Shown here: piece after piece, positions 1 through 8,525 of the stretch
Layout of the letters: each line of letters starts with the position of its first letter
Position numbering within the stretch: the stretch's first letter is position 1
Origin: a phage
Direction: 5' to 3' (one strand)
Length of the DNA: 64,000 nt
NCBI GenBank assembly: GCA_018027755.1
Contig: GCA_018027755.1_4098.1
Program-made: the position numbers and the translations under genes
Notes under the pieces: model-generated
Seen by the model: only the letters and a program-made list of their open reading frames with translations
Databases searched by the model: none
Told to the model about the DNA's origin: nothing

Positions 1-2
1 AA

Positions 3-344
3 CTACAAGCAAATAAAGCGGCAGAAATTGAAGCGGCAAAGGCGGCCCGTGAAGCAGAACTACAAGCAACAATTGAAAGTATTCAGGCGGCAGTAGTTGG
101 ATTGGATCTGGAAGTAGTTACAGAGATGGCACAAAAAGCCCTGGCGAAAAAGTACGGTGAAGATAAGCCAGAAGTAAAAGCTAAAAAATGGATTCAAGAA
201 CGTGTAGCGGTAGTACTTGATAACGGGGAAGAATATCTGATTCCGGTGCGTGGTAACTGCATTGCGGTAGTACTGGATGCGATTAACTCCAGTGGTATGA
301 CTCGCGAGGAATGGATCGAAGCTCATCGCAAAGTTGAAGCATAA
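3..344 (+). CDS. hypothetical protein, 5' end outside window
   Basis: frame open from window edge to stop at 342-344; terminator follows. Confidence 0.55.
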   Translation, partial: LQANKAAEIEAAKAAREAELQATIESIQAAVVGLDLEVVTEMAQKALAKKYGEDKPEVKAKKWIQERVAVVLDNGEEYLIPVRGNCIAVVLDAINSSGMTREEWIEAHRKVEA

Positions 345-365
345 CAATTAAAGTACTGAATCACT

Positions 366-392
366 AGCCCACCTTAAACAGTGGGCTTTTTT
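366..392 (+). terminator. rho-independent terminator
   Basis: stem AGCCCAC/GTGGGCT, 8-nt loop, T-run. Confidence 0.8.
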
Positions 393-545
393 GTGTCTAT
401 CGTTTACCAGGCCACCAGCACCGCCTAGAAACGATTCTAACGCATTAAACTGATTATCTGATGCATTGCCCTAGCTGGTGGCGTTAAAGTCGTTAGAATG
501 CGATTGAGAGCGTTTAAAGTATTTTGCAAAAAGTAATAAAAAGTA

Positions 546-574
546 CTTGCACGATTAAGAGATTAGCGTATAAT
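546..574 (+). promoter_or_regulatory. sigma70-like promoter
   Basis: CTTGCA, 17-nt spacer, TATAAT. Confidence 0.6.
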
Positions 575-619
575 TAATTACATCAAGGTAAGACACCTTA
601 ACTAACTGAGGATATAAAG

Positions 620-772
620 ATGAATACTTATGACCTGGATTGTTTTACTTTACAAGTAATGTCAGTATGCAGTAAGAAAGATTGGTCATCAAAGGAATTT
701 AAAGCAGTTATCGCGTGTGCAAAACACGGCAAGACTATCAATGAAACGGCATCAATCATTGATAAACTTTAA
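620..772 (+). CDS. hypothetical small protein (50 aa)
   Basis: ATG 8 nt after GAGGAT SD, downstream of promoter; below ORF-track cutoff. Confidence 0.5.
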   Translation: MNTYDLDCFTLQVMSVCSKKDWSSKEFKAVIACAKHGKTINETASIIDKL

Positions 773-780
773 AAAATAGT

Positions 781-809
781 TTGACAATAGTTTTAAGTAC
801 TGGCATAAT
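781..809 (+). promoter_or_regulatory. sigma70-like promoter
   Basis: TTGACA, 17-nt spacer with AGTACTGG, CATAAT. Confidence 0.65.
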
Positions 810-842
810 ACATACATCAACTACTGAATAGGAATCAAAACA

Positions 843-1070
843 ATGGCTATCGTAATCGCTTATGTAACTGGTACTACTGGCACTTCTTCTACTGTTGCTG
901 TAATTACCAACAAGAAAGGTGCGGAATTACATTCTGCAATGGATACCTGGGCGGTAAATGAGTTCGGTCAGTGGGCAAGTGTAGCATATGTTGAAACCTA
1001 TCAAGTGCCAACCATTAGCTTAACGGATCTCGGTGTAGATCGTATCCTTTGCCTGGATGAATTAAATTAA
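843..1070 (+). CDS. hypothetical protein (75 aa)
   Basis: track ORF; promoter upstream; SD AGGAA. Confidence 0.65.
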   Translation: MAIVIAYVTGTTGTSSTVAVITNKKGAELHSAMDTWAVNEFGQWASVAYVETYQVPTISLTDLGVDRILCLDELN

Positions 1071-1077
1071 AAAAGTA

Positions 1078-1139
1078 CTTGCAAAGTAAGTTGGATAAAG
1101 TATAATACATTACATCAAGGGGAGAAAATGGTTCTCCCC
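1078..1139 (+). promoter_or_regulatory. promoter plus conserved 5' leader hairpin
   Basis: CTTGCA-17-TATAAT, then GGGGAGAA-loop-TTCTCCCC hairpin at 1119-1139. Confidence 0.65.
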
Positions 1140-1157
1140 ACTAAGAGGAAACTAAAA

Positions 1158-1301
1158 ATGAAAACTTGTCAATGTGGTAAAAAATCTATTACTGGTTTGA
1201 AACGGGGCGTTGCTCTTTGTCAGTATCACTATAACGCTCAGGTATGGGGTAAAGAGTGGGCCGACCAGGTGGAAGCAGTAAAGAAAGCAAAAAGTAAGTA
1301 A
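1158..1301 (+). CDS. hypothetical small Cys-rich protein (47 aa)
   Basis: ATG after AAGAGGAA SD; CxC...C pattern; below track cutoff. Confidence 0.5.
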   Translation: MKTCQCGKKSITGLKRGVALCQYHYNAQVWGKEWADQVEAVKKAKSK

Positions 1302-1320
1302 AATTATTATCACAGTACTA

Positions 1321-1349
1321 TTGACATAGATTGATAGTACTGGCATAAT
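1321..1349 (+). promoter_or_regulatory. sigma70-like promoter (repeated promoter type)
   Basis: TTGACA-17-CATAAT with AGTACTGG; near-identical copies at 1615, 4474, 12669. Confidence 0.65.
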
Positions 1350-1382
1350 AGATTTTATCAAGACAACTAAGAGGAAACAATA

Positions 1383-1595
1383 ATGGCTATCATCACAAAA
1401 ATCAAAGTAAACAAATCACTGGTTAAGCTGGAAGAAGTGAAAGAAGGTTATAAAGTATCGTGGTGCGGCATGTATCGGATTTTTACAGATGTTGACGATG
1501 CAATCAATTACTACACTGACACGGTAAAAAACTTTGTTCGTGCTGATGTGGTTATGGCAGTGGCAACACACAAAGCATCGAAAGAAAGTAAGTAA
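1383..1595 (+). CDS. hypothetical protein (70 aa), MAII-start paralog
   Basis: track ORF; SD AAGAGGAA; N-terminus resembles 4530 gene. Confidence 0.7.
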   Translation: MAIITKIKVNKSLVKLEEVKEGYKVSWCGMYRIFTDVDDAINYYTDTVKNFVRADVVMAVATHKASKESK

Positions 1596-1614
1596 AAATA
1601 TTATCACAGTACTA

Positions 1615-1643
1615 TTGACATAGTTTGATAGTACTGGCATAAT
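1615..1643 (+). promoter_or_regulatory. sigma70-like promoter
   Basis: TTGACA-17-CATAAT, AGTACTGG before -10. Confidence 0.65.
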
Positions 1644-1676
1644 AGATTTTATCAAGACAACTAAGAGGAAATTAAA

Positions 1677-2021
1677 ATGGCTAATATCAACACTATCGCA
1701 AAACAAAATATCAACCTGTCTTCTGTTGAAGTTGTACATATTGCCGCTCGGCGTTGGTTCCAGGCTTCATATGGTAACACTTATTTCTCTTTAAGTGTAG
1801 ACGTAGAAATTGATGGTAATTTTATTGAAGTAGTAAACGTGCCGTTCCAATATGGATACGGGGATCACTTTGACACTGTAGCAATGGAAGAATTTAGCAA
1901 GGTTATTAATATGGAAGATAAAGAGTTTTTACGCGGTTCTTATCTTTCCCGTTTTTGCCGTGACAATAATATCACTGTTTACAGTTCGGTAACTGATGTT
2001 AAACGCAAAAAAGATCTTTAA
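1677..2021 (+). CDS. hypothetical protein (114 aa), paralog of 8202 gene
   Basis: track ORF; SD AAGAGGAA; shares GNTY...YGYG and C-terminal DVKRKKD with 8202-8525. Confidence 0.7.
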   Translation: MANINTIAKQNINLSSVEVVHIAARRWFQASYGNTYFSLSVDVEIDGNFIEVVNVPFQYGYGDHFDTVAMEEFSKVINMEDKEFLRGSYLSRFCRDNNITVYSSVTDVKRKKDL

Positions 2022-2101
2022 TTAGCTTTACTTTATGCAGATACTTTGATATAGTGTCTGCATAGGGGAAAGAAATTAAATTAACTTAAGAGGATCGTAT
2101 A

Positions 2102-2371
2102 ATGAAAAATATCAGTACTTTAATCGATGCAGGTACTCATGTTCGTCGGTCTATGGTTGCAACCAGTACTACAAAACAAGTAGCGAGCGGTTATCTTGTA
2201 TTTGTGCACGATGGTAAACTCCTGGAACGTTCAATCAATTTTGATGTTAAAAACAATTGCCGTTTTATTATCTTTCGCCGTGAACAATATAAGATCGACA
2301 TTCCAGCGAAGCCCATTAGCGGTGCGTACAACGTGCAATCATTGTTTGAACGTCAACCATACACCTATTAA
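2102..2371 (+). CDS. hypothetical protein (89 aa)
   Basis: track ORF; SD AAGAGGA. Confidence 0.65.
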   Translation: MKNISTLIDAGTHVRRSMVATSTTKQVASGYLVFVHDGKLLERSINFDVKNNCRFIIFRREQYKIDIPAKPISGAYNVQSLFERQPYTY

Positions 2372-2422
2372 TCAAAACATCGTTAGCGGTCGATTTAGGC
2401 CGCTTATATTGGGGATTATACC

Positions 2423-2695
2423 ATGAACGTTAATCAAGTACTGAATGAGATCGAAAGCATCATTAAACCGATGAAGCGTACTGATGCTATGTTAACACCG
2501 GAAGAATGCCGCCTTTATGAGCGTTACAGCGTCGAACAAGTCCAGGCAATGGCTATGGCTACCCCAGCCGTTAAACAGCCTGAGAACGCGTTACAGGACG
2601 TTACAGGGGATTATATCATCAATCCAGTACTAGGGAAGATGGCTGCAATCACCGAAGATCAACAAGACTACTTAAGCCAGTACTTAAAAGGTTAA
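2423..2695 (+). CDS. hypothetical protein (90 aa)
   Basis: track ORF; weak SD. Confidence 0.55.
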   Translation: MNVNQVLNEIESIIKPMKRTDAMLTPEECRLYERYSVEQVQAMAMATPAVKQPENALQDVTGDYIINPVLGKMAAITEDQQDYLSQYLKG

Positions 2696-2700
2696 TTAAT

Positions 2701-2910
2701 ATGCTTACTGTACAGGATAAGATCGACATCTTAAAGGTTAATATGTATGTGATTGATGCAGTACCTGGTAAAGTATTTGCATACGATGACAGTACTGTAA
2801 GCGATTTCTACTATAGCCAGGACGTGGGGGATCTTTCTGTACAGTCGGTTATTGAAAACGTAGTTAATGCAGCGTATGAGCATTTACTTTCAAATAGTAC
2901 TTGCAATTAG
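2701..2910 (+). CDS. hypothetical protein (69 aa)
   Basis: track ORF; 5 nt after upstream stop. Confidence 0.55.
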   Translation: MLTVQDKIDILKVNMYVIDAVPGKVFAYDDSTVSDFYYSQDVGDLSVQSVIENVVNAAYEHLLSNSTCN

Positions 2911-2960
2911 TTTTTAAACGCGTATAATGTTTTACATGAAGGGGAGAAATGATTCTCCCC
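2900..2960 (+). promoter_or_regulatory. promoter plus 5' leader hairpin
   Basis: CTTGCA-17-TATAAT; GGGGAGAAATGATTCTCCCC hairpin. Confidence 0.65.
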
Positions 2961-2979
2961 ACTAATTAAGGAATATGAA

Positions 2980-3126
2980 ATGAAAGCATCAAAAAAGAGT
3001 AATACTAAGAAAGCACGTTCAACCTTAGATGGGGTATTCCCTTTACGTTTCGTTGATGAAGTAGTTTCCTACCCGCCGGGCCTTACTCCTGAGATGGTAG
3101 AAAGTTTGCGTAAATCTAAAAAATAG
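2980..3126 (+). CDS. hypothetical small basic protein (48 aa)
   Basis: ATG after AAGGAA SD downstream of hairpin; below track cutoff. Confidence 0.5.
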   Translation: MKASKKSNTKKARSTLDGVFPLRFVDEVVSYPPGLTPEMVESLRKSKK

Positions 3127-3128
3127 TA

Positions 3129-3189
3129 CTTGCAATTAGTTTTCAGTACTGTATAATAGTTTACATGAAGGGGAGAAATGATTCTCCCC
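3129..3189 (+). promoter_or_regulatory. promoter plus 5' leader hairpin
   Basis: CTTGCA-17-TATAAT; GGGGAGAAATGATTCTCCCC hairpin. Confidence 0.65.
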
Positions 3190-3207
3190 AATAACAGGAG
3201 AAACAAA

Positions 3208-3360
3208 ATGAAACAATACAACGCTCGGTTTGATGTTACTATCGGTAACGGCAAAGGTCAATTCTCTTTCAGTACTCGCCGCAGTTATACAGAAAACTTC
3301 CTGCGTAATTGTGCACTGACCGCCGCACAAATTAAACATTACTTCCAGGCTAAAAAATGA
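3208..3360 (+). CDS. hypothetical protein (50 aa)
   Basis: ATG 7 nt after AGGAGA SD; track ORF 3178-3360 trimmed because its 5' part runs through the hairpin. Confidence 0.6.
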   Translation: MKQYNARFDVTIGNGKGQFSFSTRRSYTENFLRNCALTAAQIKHYFQAKK

Positions 3361-3446
3361 AATCATTAGCTTATTACAGTTCAGCGGTGATCGGTGCATT
3401 GATCGCGGCATTGTTAGTAACCTATCTATTCTTTATGGTGATTTAA
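3357..3446 (+). CDS. small hydrophobic peptide (29 aa), single predicted TM helix
   Basis: ATGA overlap with upstream stop; hydrophobic sequence. Confidence 0.4.
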   Translation: MKSLAYYSSAVIGALIAALLVTYLFFMVI

Positions 3447-3581
3447 ATGAATCCTAACGGTTTAATTTACAGTACTCCTAAAACGAAAGCAGATAAAGCG
3501 AAAGCACGTAAAGCGAAAGTAAAGGAGTACATTAAGCAAGGCATGACGCGAAAGGCGGCAGTACTGAAAGCTAAAAAATAA
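3447..3581 (+). CDS. hypothetical small basic protein (44 aa)
   Basis: ATG immediately after upstream stop; Lys/Ala-rich. Confidence 0.4.
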   Translation: MNPNGLIYSTPKTKADKAKARKAKVKEYIKQGMTRKAAVLKAKK

Positions 3582-3589
3582 ATGAAAAA

Positions 3590-3676
3590 AGTGGTTGACT
3601 TCGGTCAGCCATTTTGCTATTATATATTCATTGAGAGATAGCTCACTAGCCCACCGGGTGCATAAGTGTATCTATT
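3590..3676 (+). repeat. repeated intergenic element, copy 1 (embedded promoter)
   Basis: TTGACT-17-TATTAT, then conserved core AGCCCACCGGGTGCATAAGTGTATC. Confidence 0.6.
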
Positions 3677-3795
3677 ATATAAGTATTGAGTACTGAAAAC
3701 TATTTTTAAAAAGTACTTGCAAACTATCTCAATTGGCGTATAATGTTTTACATCGCAAGGGGAAACGGTTTCCCCTGGTAATAAGGAAACAAATC

Positions 3796-4137
3796 ATGAC
3801 TATCTCAATTGCTCAATCTAACTTTGAAAATGAAATCATCGCCCAGGCACTGCGTTTAAATGATGGTCGGGCCGAAATTAATTACGGTTTCAATTCAGGC
3901 GGTTGTGAAAACTATCAGTACTTTGTAACGGCTGATGGCGGTGTCCTGGGTATCAATACAGTTATTGTAAACATCCAAAAAATTAATTTCAATGATCCAG
4001 ACGATAGCCAGTTTTACATTGTAGGCGTAGACGTGAACTATGAGGATGACTCACTAACTGATGATCACACTGGCGAGCGGTTAGAAAGTGCATACGGTGA
4101 AGATGATTATCAGTCCGGTCCAGAAGATTTCGAATAA
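3796..4137 (+). CDS. hypothetical acidic protein (113 aa)
   Basis: ATG after AAGGAAA SD downstream of hairpin; track ORF trimmed. Confidence 0.65.
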   Translation: MTISIAQSNFENEIIAQALRLNDGRAEINYGFNSGGCENYQYFVTADGGVLGINTVIVNIQKINFNDPDDSQFYIVGVDVNYEDDSLTDDHTGERLESAYGEDDYQSGPEDFE

Positions 4138-4151
4138 TATAAAAAAATAGT

Positions 4152-4211
4152 TTGACAATAGATTATAGTACTGTATAATAGTTTACATCAAGGGGAGAAA
4201 AACTTCTCCCC
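4152..4211 (+). promoter_or_regulatory. promoter plus 5' leader hairpin
   Basis: TTGACA-16-TATAAT; GGGGAGAA...TTCTCCCC hairpin. Confidence 0.65.
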
Positions 4212-4233
4212 ACTAACAGAGAGAGAAAACAAA

Positions 4234-4446
4234 ATGGCTAATATCCGGTCGAAATTAAAAAATGCAAAACAAGTTTTATTTTCAGATCATGAATACTTTA
4301 ATAAAGATATTACAGGAGTTACAAGTATCAAGGAAGTAAAAGAAAAAACCGGTGTTTTGTGTGATGTGCGATTAGTTGGGACATTTGGGAATAACGTGCT
4401 ATATCGCTGCGGTGATTACAATTTTACACTGACTATCATTAACTAA
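4234..4446 (+). CDS. hypothetical protein (70 aa)
   Basis: track ORF; purine-rich SD. Confidence 0.65.
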   Translation: MANIRSKLKNAKQVLFSDHEYFNKDITGVTSIKEVKEKTGVLCDVRLVGTFGNNVLYRCGDYNFTLTIIN

Positions 4447-4529
4447 AAATATTATCACAGTACTATTGACATAGTTTGATAGTACTGACATAATAACTTT
4501 TATCAACTACACTACTAAGGAATTAAAAA

Positions 4530-4709
4530 ATGGCTATCATCGCAAAAACTGAAATCGTTGGTCTGGATTCTATCATCATGACGTTTGAAGATCAAAAAGG
4601 TATGTATGTAGTTTCCTATGGTGATTATGTTCGGGAGTATGAAACGGTAGACGAAGCCTTTGAAAGTTATATTCGCCAGGTGAATAAAGCATACGACGAC
4701 TACCGCTAA
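4530..4709 (+). CDS. hypothetical protein (59 aa), MAII-start paralog
   Basis: ATG after TAAGGAA SD; promoter repeat upstream; resembles 1383 gene; below track cutoff. Confidence 0.55.
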   Translation: MAIIAKTEIVGLDSIIMTFEDQKGMYVVSYGDYVREYETVDEAFESYIRQVNKAYDDYR

Positions 4710-4801
4710 AATATATTACCAGTACTATTAAATCTATTGACAACGTTTGATAGTACTGTATAATAAGTTTTATAAACAGTAATTAACTTAACCTAAGAGA
4801 G

Positions 4802-4954
4802 AGAAACAAAATGATCGCACTGGATTCATTCATCGACGCAGTACTGGCAAAAACTGGCGAGGATCTGACCGCAGAACAATACGCGATGATCGAGCAATGT
4901 CAGCAAAACGGTAAATCGGTGAAAGATACTGTTAAGATTATCCGCAAGATGTAA
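4802..4954 (+). CDS. hypothetical protein (50 aa)
   Basis: ATG after AGAGAGAGAAA; promoter upstream; E. coli-like codons. Confidence 0.5.
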   Translation, partial: RNKMIALDSFIDAVLAKTGEDLTAEQYAMIEQCQQNGKSVKDTVKIIRKM

Positions 4955-4960
4955 TATTAT

Positions 4961-4988
4961 AGCCCACTGGTTAACGCTGGTGGGCTTT
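4961..4988 (+). terminator. terminator-like hairpin
   Basis: stem AGCCCAC/GTGGGCT then short T-run. Confidence 0.45.
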
Positions 4989-5059
4989 AATCATTTACCC
5001 TATACAATGCCAGTACTAAACCGTTTATCTCGTTAGAATGCGTTACAGGACGTTTAACA

Positions 5060-5257
5060 ATGATTAGCATGAAATCAGTACAAAAACAAATAGAAACATT
5101 ATCAAAAATTAAACGTAAACAGTACTCCTTAGAATATACAATCAATGGTAACTATCATCTAATGAAAGAAAATAATTTTATAGTCATTGATGAATCATTG
5201 CAAATCATTAGTATAGTACTGAAAGCATTAATCAATGACAGAAAAAAATTAAAATAA
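5060..5257 (+). CDS. hypothetical protein (65 aa), doubtful
   Basis: track ORF; no clear SD; AT-rich. Confidence 0.3.
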   Translation: MISMKSVQKQIETLSKIKRKQYSLEYTINGNYHLMKENNFIVIDESLQIISIVLKALINDRKKLK

Positions 5258-5363
5258 TCTATTGACAATATCATCCAGTACTGGCATAATACTTACATCA
5301 AGACGAGAACGTCACTAACCCATAGGGTGCACAAATGTAACTATATAATATCGTTCAATAAAT

Positions 5364-5423
5364 GATCAAAAAAGTACTGGATCAATTTAACATAAGGAGT
5401 ATAATTCTGATCAATTCTTGATC
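5364..5423 (+). promoter_or_regulatory. cluster of four GATC sites in TGATCAA context
   Basis: GATC at 5364, 5380, 5409, 5420; upstream of TraR-like gene. Confidence 0.4.
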
Positions 5424-5586
5424 AAAGGCAATATACGCAGTTGAATTTATATAGACAATACAAAGGCGTTACTATCCGTGGTAATGCTGGTGGATATGTA
5501 GTATCATATGGTTTGAATAAGATTAGCACTAGTAGTATTATTGTAGCATTACAGTACTATAGTATTTTTATAATGAGGTTAAAATA

Positions 5587-5844
5587 ATGGCAGTAGGATA
5601 CGCGAAAGACGGGGCCGAACAAGACGAGATTCACGCAGTGATTCAGGCCGCCGTTAACCACGCTAGAAAGCAAATTAACGCACAAAGAGAATCACTGGTA
5701 CATTGCCTCGACTGCGGCGATAAAATCCCTGAGAATCGACGCCAGGCCGTTATAGGGTGCATGTATTGTATTACTTGCCAGGAGGATCATGATAGTACTT
5801 TTAAAAGAGATCCGCGTAATTGTTGGCATAGATCTATGAGATAA
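5587..5844 (+). CDS. TraR/DksA-family C4 zinc-finger protein
   Basis: CLDCGDKIPENRR...CMYCITCQ matches TraR/DksA zinc-finger signature. Confidence 0.7.
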   Translation: MAVGYAKDGAEQDEIHAVIQAAVNHARKQINAQRESLVHCLDCGDKIPENRRQAVIGCMYCITCQEDHDSTFKRDPRNCWHRSMR

Positions 5845-5907
5845 AAAGTATTGACAGTACTGAAAGATAGTGTATAATGTTTTATATCTTAACTGAGGAT
5901 AGTAATC

Positions 5908-6264
5908 ATGGGAATACAACATATCACGCGTACTACTGACAATGGAGAGATCACTGGTTATCAGGTACAGGGCAAAGTAGCACAATTGCAGTACTGGTTT
6001 GTTAAACGTGGAATCATTGCACCGGATCTTGATTATGACCGTGTAGCGTTTATTGATTCTCTTTATGTTGATCCTGATAGTCGGGGCAATGGTGAAGGTA
6101 ACGAATTAATGAATGCCTTTATTGATGCCGCCGGTGATTCAGATTGTATCATCTTAGAATGCGATACGGGAGAAGATAACGCCTTTAATCTTAAAGAATG
6201 GTACGAAGGTTTCGGATTCGAGGTATTGATAGATAGTGAATATCCTATCATGATTTTATCATAG
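5908..6264 (+). CDS. small GNAT-like acetyltransferase (tentative)
   Basis: LYVDPDSRGNGEGNELM resembles GNAT motif A; SD GAGGA. Confidence 0.45.
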   Translation: MGIQHITRTTDNGEITGYQVQGKVAQLQYWFVKRGIIAPDLDYDRVAFIDSLYVDPDSRGNGEGNELMNAFIDAAGDSDCIILECDTGEDNAFNLKEWYEGFGFEVLIDSEYPIMILS

Positions 6265-6342
6265 TACTTGCATTTAGTTTTCAGTACTGTTATAGTACTT
6301 ACATCAAGGGGAAACGTCTTCCCCTACTAAGAGGAAATGAAA

Positions 6343-6531
6343 ATGGAAAACTTATCAAGTATTTTAGTACAAGATGATTTTGGCAATCCTGGTAGTGCTA
6401 TCATTGTTCGGGGTAATAAAGCAACGTTTGTTATTGCTGGTGGGCCAGTACAGCGTAGCATTAAAAATAATGCTGTTACCATTAATAATGTACGCTATCG
6501 CTTAGATAAAGAATTGATTCATAAACTTTAA
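6343..6531 (+). CDS. hypothetical protein (62 aa)
   Basis: second ATG chosen for SD spacing (track start 6337). Confidence 0.6.
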   Translation: MENLSSILVQDDFGNPGSAIIVRGNKATFVIAGGPVQRSIKNNAVTINNVRYRLDKELIHKL

Positions 6532-6538
6532 AAAGTAT

Positions 6539-6598
6539 TTGACAATAGATTATAGTGCTGTATAATAAGTTACATGAAGGGGTGAAATGATTCTCCCC
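6539..6598 (+). promoter_or_regulatory. promoter plus 5' leader hairpin
   Basis: TTGACA-16-TATAAT; GGGGTGAAATGATTCTCCCC hairpin. Confidence 0.65.
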
Positions 6599-6615
6599 AC
6601 TAAGAGGAAAGAAAA

Positions 6616-6828
6616 ATGCAAGGTCAACTAATCGTTCGTAAATGGTCTGATACTAACGAAAAACCGTGGGATGTACAATACATCGGACCGGATGGGGTAT
6701 CACGTTATCAGCCTGGCGTAACGCATAGTACTGAGCAATTCGCAAACGCTCACCGCGAACGCCTGTTAGAATCCATGAAACAGGGATTCTGTGAAAAATT
6801 CATTCAAGATCATTGGCTGAAAGATTAA
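6616..6828 (+). CDS. hypothetical protein (70 aa)
   Basis: track ORF; SD AAGAGGAAA. Confidence 0.7.
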   Translation: MQGQLIVRKWSDTNEKPWDVQYIGPDGVSRYQPGVTHSTEQFANAHRERLLESMKQGFCEKFIQDHWLKD

Positions 6829-6845
6829 TATAAGGAGTACAGCTT

Positions 6846-6938
6846 ATGCAAATGAATCCGATGATTATTGTTTTAGCTGTACTTATGATCATTCATGCAA
6901 TAGTAGAAGTATTAACGCAATCAGGAGTAATAAAATGA
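6846..6938 (+). CDS. small hydrophobic peptide (30 aa)
   Basis: ATG after TAAGGAG SD; hydrophobic; first of three coupled small ORFs. Confidence 0.45.
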   Translation: MQMNPMIIVLAVLMIIHAIVEVLTQSGVIK

Positions 6939-7108
6939 TTCAAGTAGAATTATCAGTACTGAAAGATCTGTTTTATCGGTTAGGTACTACTGGCGAGTAT
7001 CCTAAAAGTGATACCGCAAAACTTTTTGTATCACTCGACTTATGGCAACGCGAACAATTAGTAATGTCCTGGCGTAAAGGTAAAGCAGATAGCGAGGTGA
7101 AAGCATGA
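6935..7108 (+). CDS. hypothetical protein (57 aa)
   Basis: ATGA overlap with upstream ORF. Confidence 0.45.
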   Translation: MIQVELSVLKDLFYRLGTTGEYPKSDTAKLFVSLDLWQREQLVMSWRKGKADSEVKA

Positions 7109-7254
7109 AAGAATTCTTATTCGAAGTAGTGTTTCAAGGTGTCGGTAGTAACCAACTGATTCGCTCAAGTGGTTACAATGTTAACCAGGCATGGAATAAC
7201 ATTAAACAAATGTACCCGAACGCTATCACCTATCGCAACCCGAAACAAGTTTAA
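7105..7254 (+). CDS. hypothetical protein (49 aa)
   Basis: ATGA overlap with upstream ORF. Confidence 0.45.
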   Translation: MKEFLFEVVFQGVGSNQLIRSSGYNVNQAWNNIKQMYPNAITYRNPKQV

Positions 7255-7261
7255 AAATAAT

Positions 7262-7346
7262 TGAAAAAGGGATTGACACCGGTCAGTCCCTTTGCTATTA
7301 TATACGCATAGAAACAAATCAGCCCACAGGGTGCATAAATGTATCT
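7262..7346 (+). repeat. repeated intergenic element, copy 2
   Basis: TTGACA-17-TATTAT plus core AGCCCACAGGGTGCATAAATGTATC. Confidence 0.6.
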
Positions 7347-7569
7347 ATTGTTTGCTGGTGGCTAGTACTGAAAACTATTTTTAAAAAAGTACTTGCATTG
7401 TACTTAGAATCAAGTATAATGTTTTACATCAGGACGGGGAACGAAACAAGTAACCCCGTTAAGTAGTCCAGGAGTAAGACATACGAAAAACTCCCCTGAT
7501 AAAATAGTTTGACAATAGAAATTAAACGAGTATAATACTTACATCAACCACTGATAAGGAAACATAAAA

Positions 7570-7845
7570 ATGCGGATTCTACTGACAGCTAACGAAATCG
7601 AACAAGTACTGACTACTAACCTGGAAGACTGGAAACGTGAAGCAGATATCCAGGCGGTTCAATGGCTTAACGATAAGTTAACGCCGGATGACTTAAGCAA
7701 GATTGTAGATCCTCAATTCTACGAAGATATTCACGACACCGCGTTAAGCGTCGAGGATGTACTTGATAAGCACTACATTGATACTGATTTACATGTTTAC
7801 GGTCGTAAAAACTTTATCACTATTCACGACATTTACAATACTTAA
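7570..7845 (+). CDS. hypothetical protein (91 aa)
   Basis: track ORF; SD TAAGGAAA; promoter upstream. Confidence 0.7.
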   Translation: MRILLTANEIEQVLTTNLEDWKREADIQAVQWLNDKLTPDDLSKIVDPQFYEDIHDTALSVEDVLDKHYIDTDLHVYGRKNFITIHDIYNT

Positions 7846-7932
7846 GTATTGACAAAGTATCTTAGTACTGTATAATAGTTTACATCAAGGCGGGGAAATG
7901 GTTCCCCTCCTAACTAAAAGAGAGAAATTAAA

Positions 7933-8115
7933 ATGGCTAAGTGCACTATCTGTAAGAAAGAAATCGTATTAGTTCCAAGTGCCCGTGAACGTGCCGCTCG
8001 GTTCGGTGGCAAAGCGTCAGACTATACAAAAATGTTTACTGCCCATGCAGATTGCCAGGTAGCAAAACGTTCACAAGAAAGCGTAGAATTAATGCGTAAA
8101 CTTTCCAAAAAATAA
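7933..8115 (+). CDS. hypothetical small Cys-containing protein (60 aa)
   Basis: track ORF; promoter and hairpin upstream. Confidence 0.65.
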   Translation: MAKCTICKKEIVLVPSARERAARFGGKASDYTKMFTAHADCQVAKRSQESVELMRKLSKK

Positions 8116-8201
8116 GTATTGACAAAGTATCTTAGTACTGTATAATAGTTTACATCAAGTGAGGGGAAACGGTTCCCCTCCTAACAGAGAGAGAAATAAA
8201 A

Positions 8202-8525
8202 ATGGCTATGATCCTTACCCAGAAAGTGGAATTGAAAATTGTAACCTCCTTTGACATTAAAGTTAATCGCTGGACTGATCGGAACGGCAATACTTACCAC
8301 TCTTGCTACGTGTCTGCATTGATTGGTGATCGTTGGGAAGACCTGGGACACGAAACTTTTACATACGGTTACGGTACGCAAGGCGAATACACGGGCTTGG
8401 AGATCATTAAAGAAACCGTTATAGGTTTCAACCCGAAAGAAAAAGTTATTCACCGCATCGAAAAAGAGATTAACAAAGAAATAACAGTTCGCTACTACGA
8501 TGTAAAACGTAAGAAAGACATGTAA
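8202..8525 (+). CDS. hypothetical protein (107 aa), paralog of 1677 gene
   Basis: track ORF; shares GNTY...YGYG and DVKRKKD with 1677-2021. Confidence 0.7.
   Translation: MAMILTQKVELKIVTSFDIKVNRWTDRNGNTYHSCYVSALIGDRWEDLGHETFTYGYGTQGEYTGLEIIKETVIGFNPKEKVIHRIEKEINKEITVRYYDVKRKKDM

Noticed and set aside
1416-1739. Other minus-strand track ORFs (for example 1416-1739, 5692-5985, 11953-12297, 13842-14126, 18515-18730, 46619-46870)
   Set aside because: All are antisense to + strand genes that have promoters, SD sequences and family conservation; none shows its own expression signals.
2196-2426. Alternative-frame track ORFs nested inside longer genes (for example 2196-2426, 11212-11424, 22618-22827, 24117-24323, 32268-32471, 42310-42498)
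   Set aside because: Fully contained in a stronger ORF in another frame and lacking their own translation signals.
3733-3795. 5' extensions of track ORFs that run through promoter and hairpin sequence (for example 3733, 9880, 10611, 13909, 14845)
   Set aside because: The upstream ATG lies inside or before the promoter or leader hairpin; an internal ATG with a properly spaced SD was preferred.
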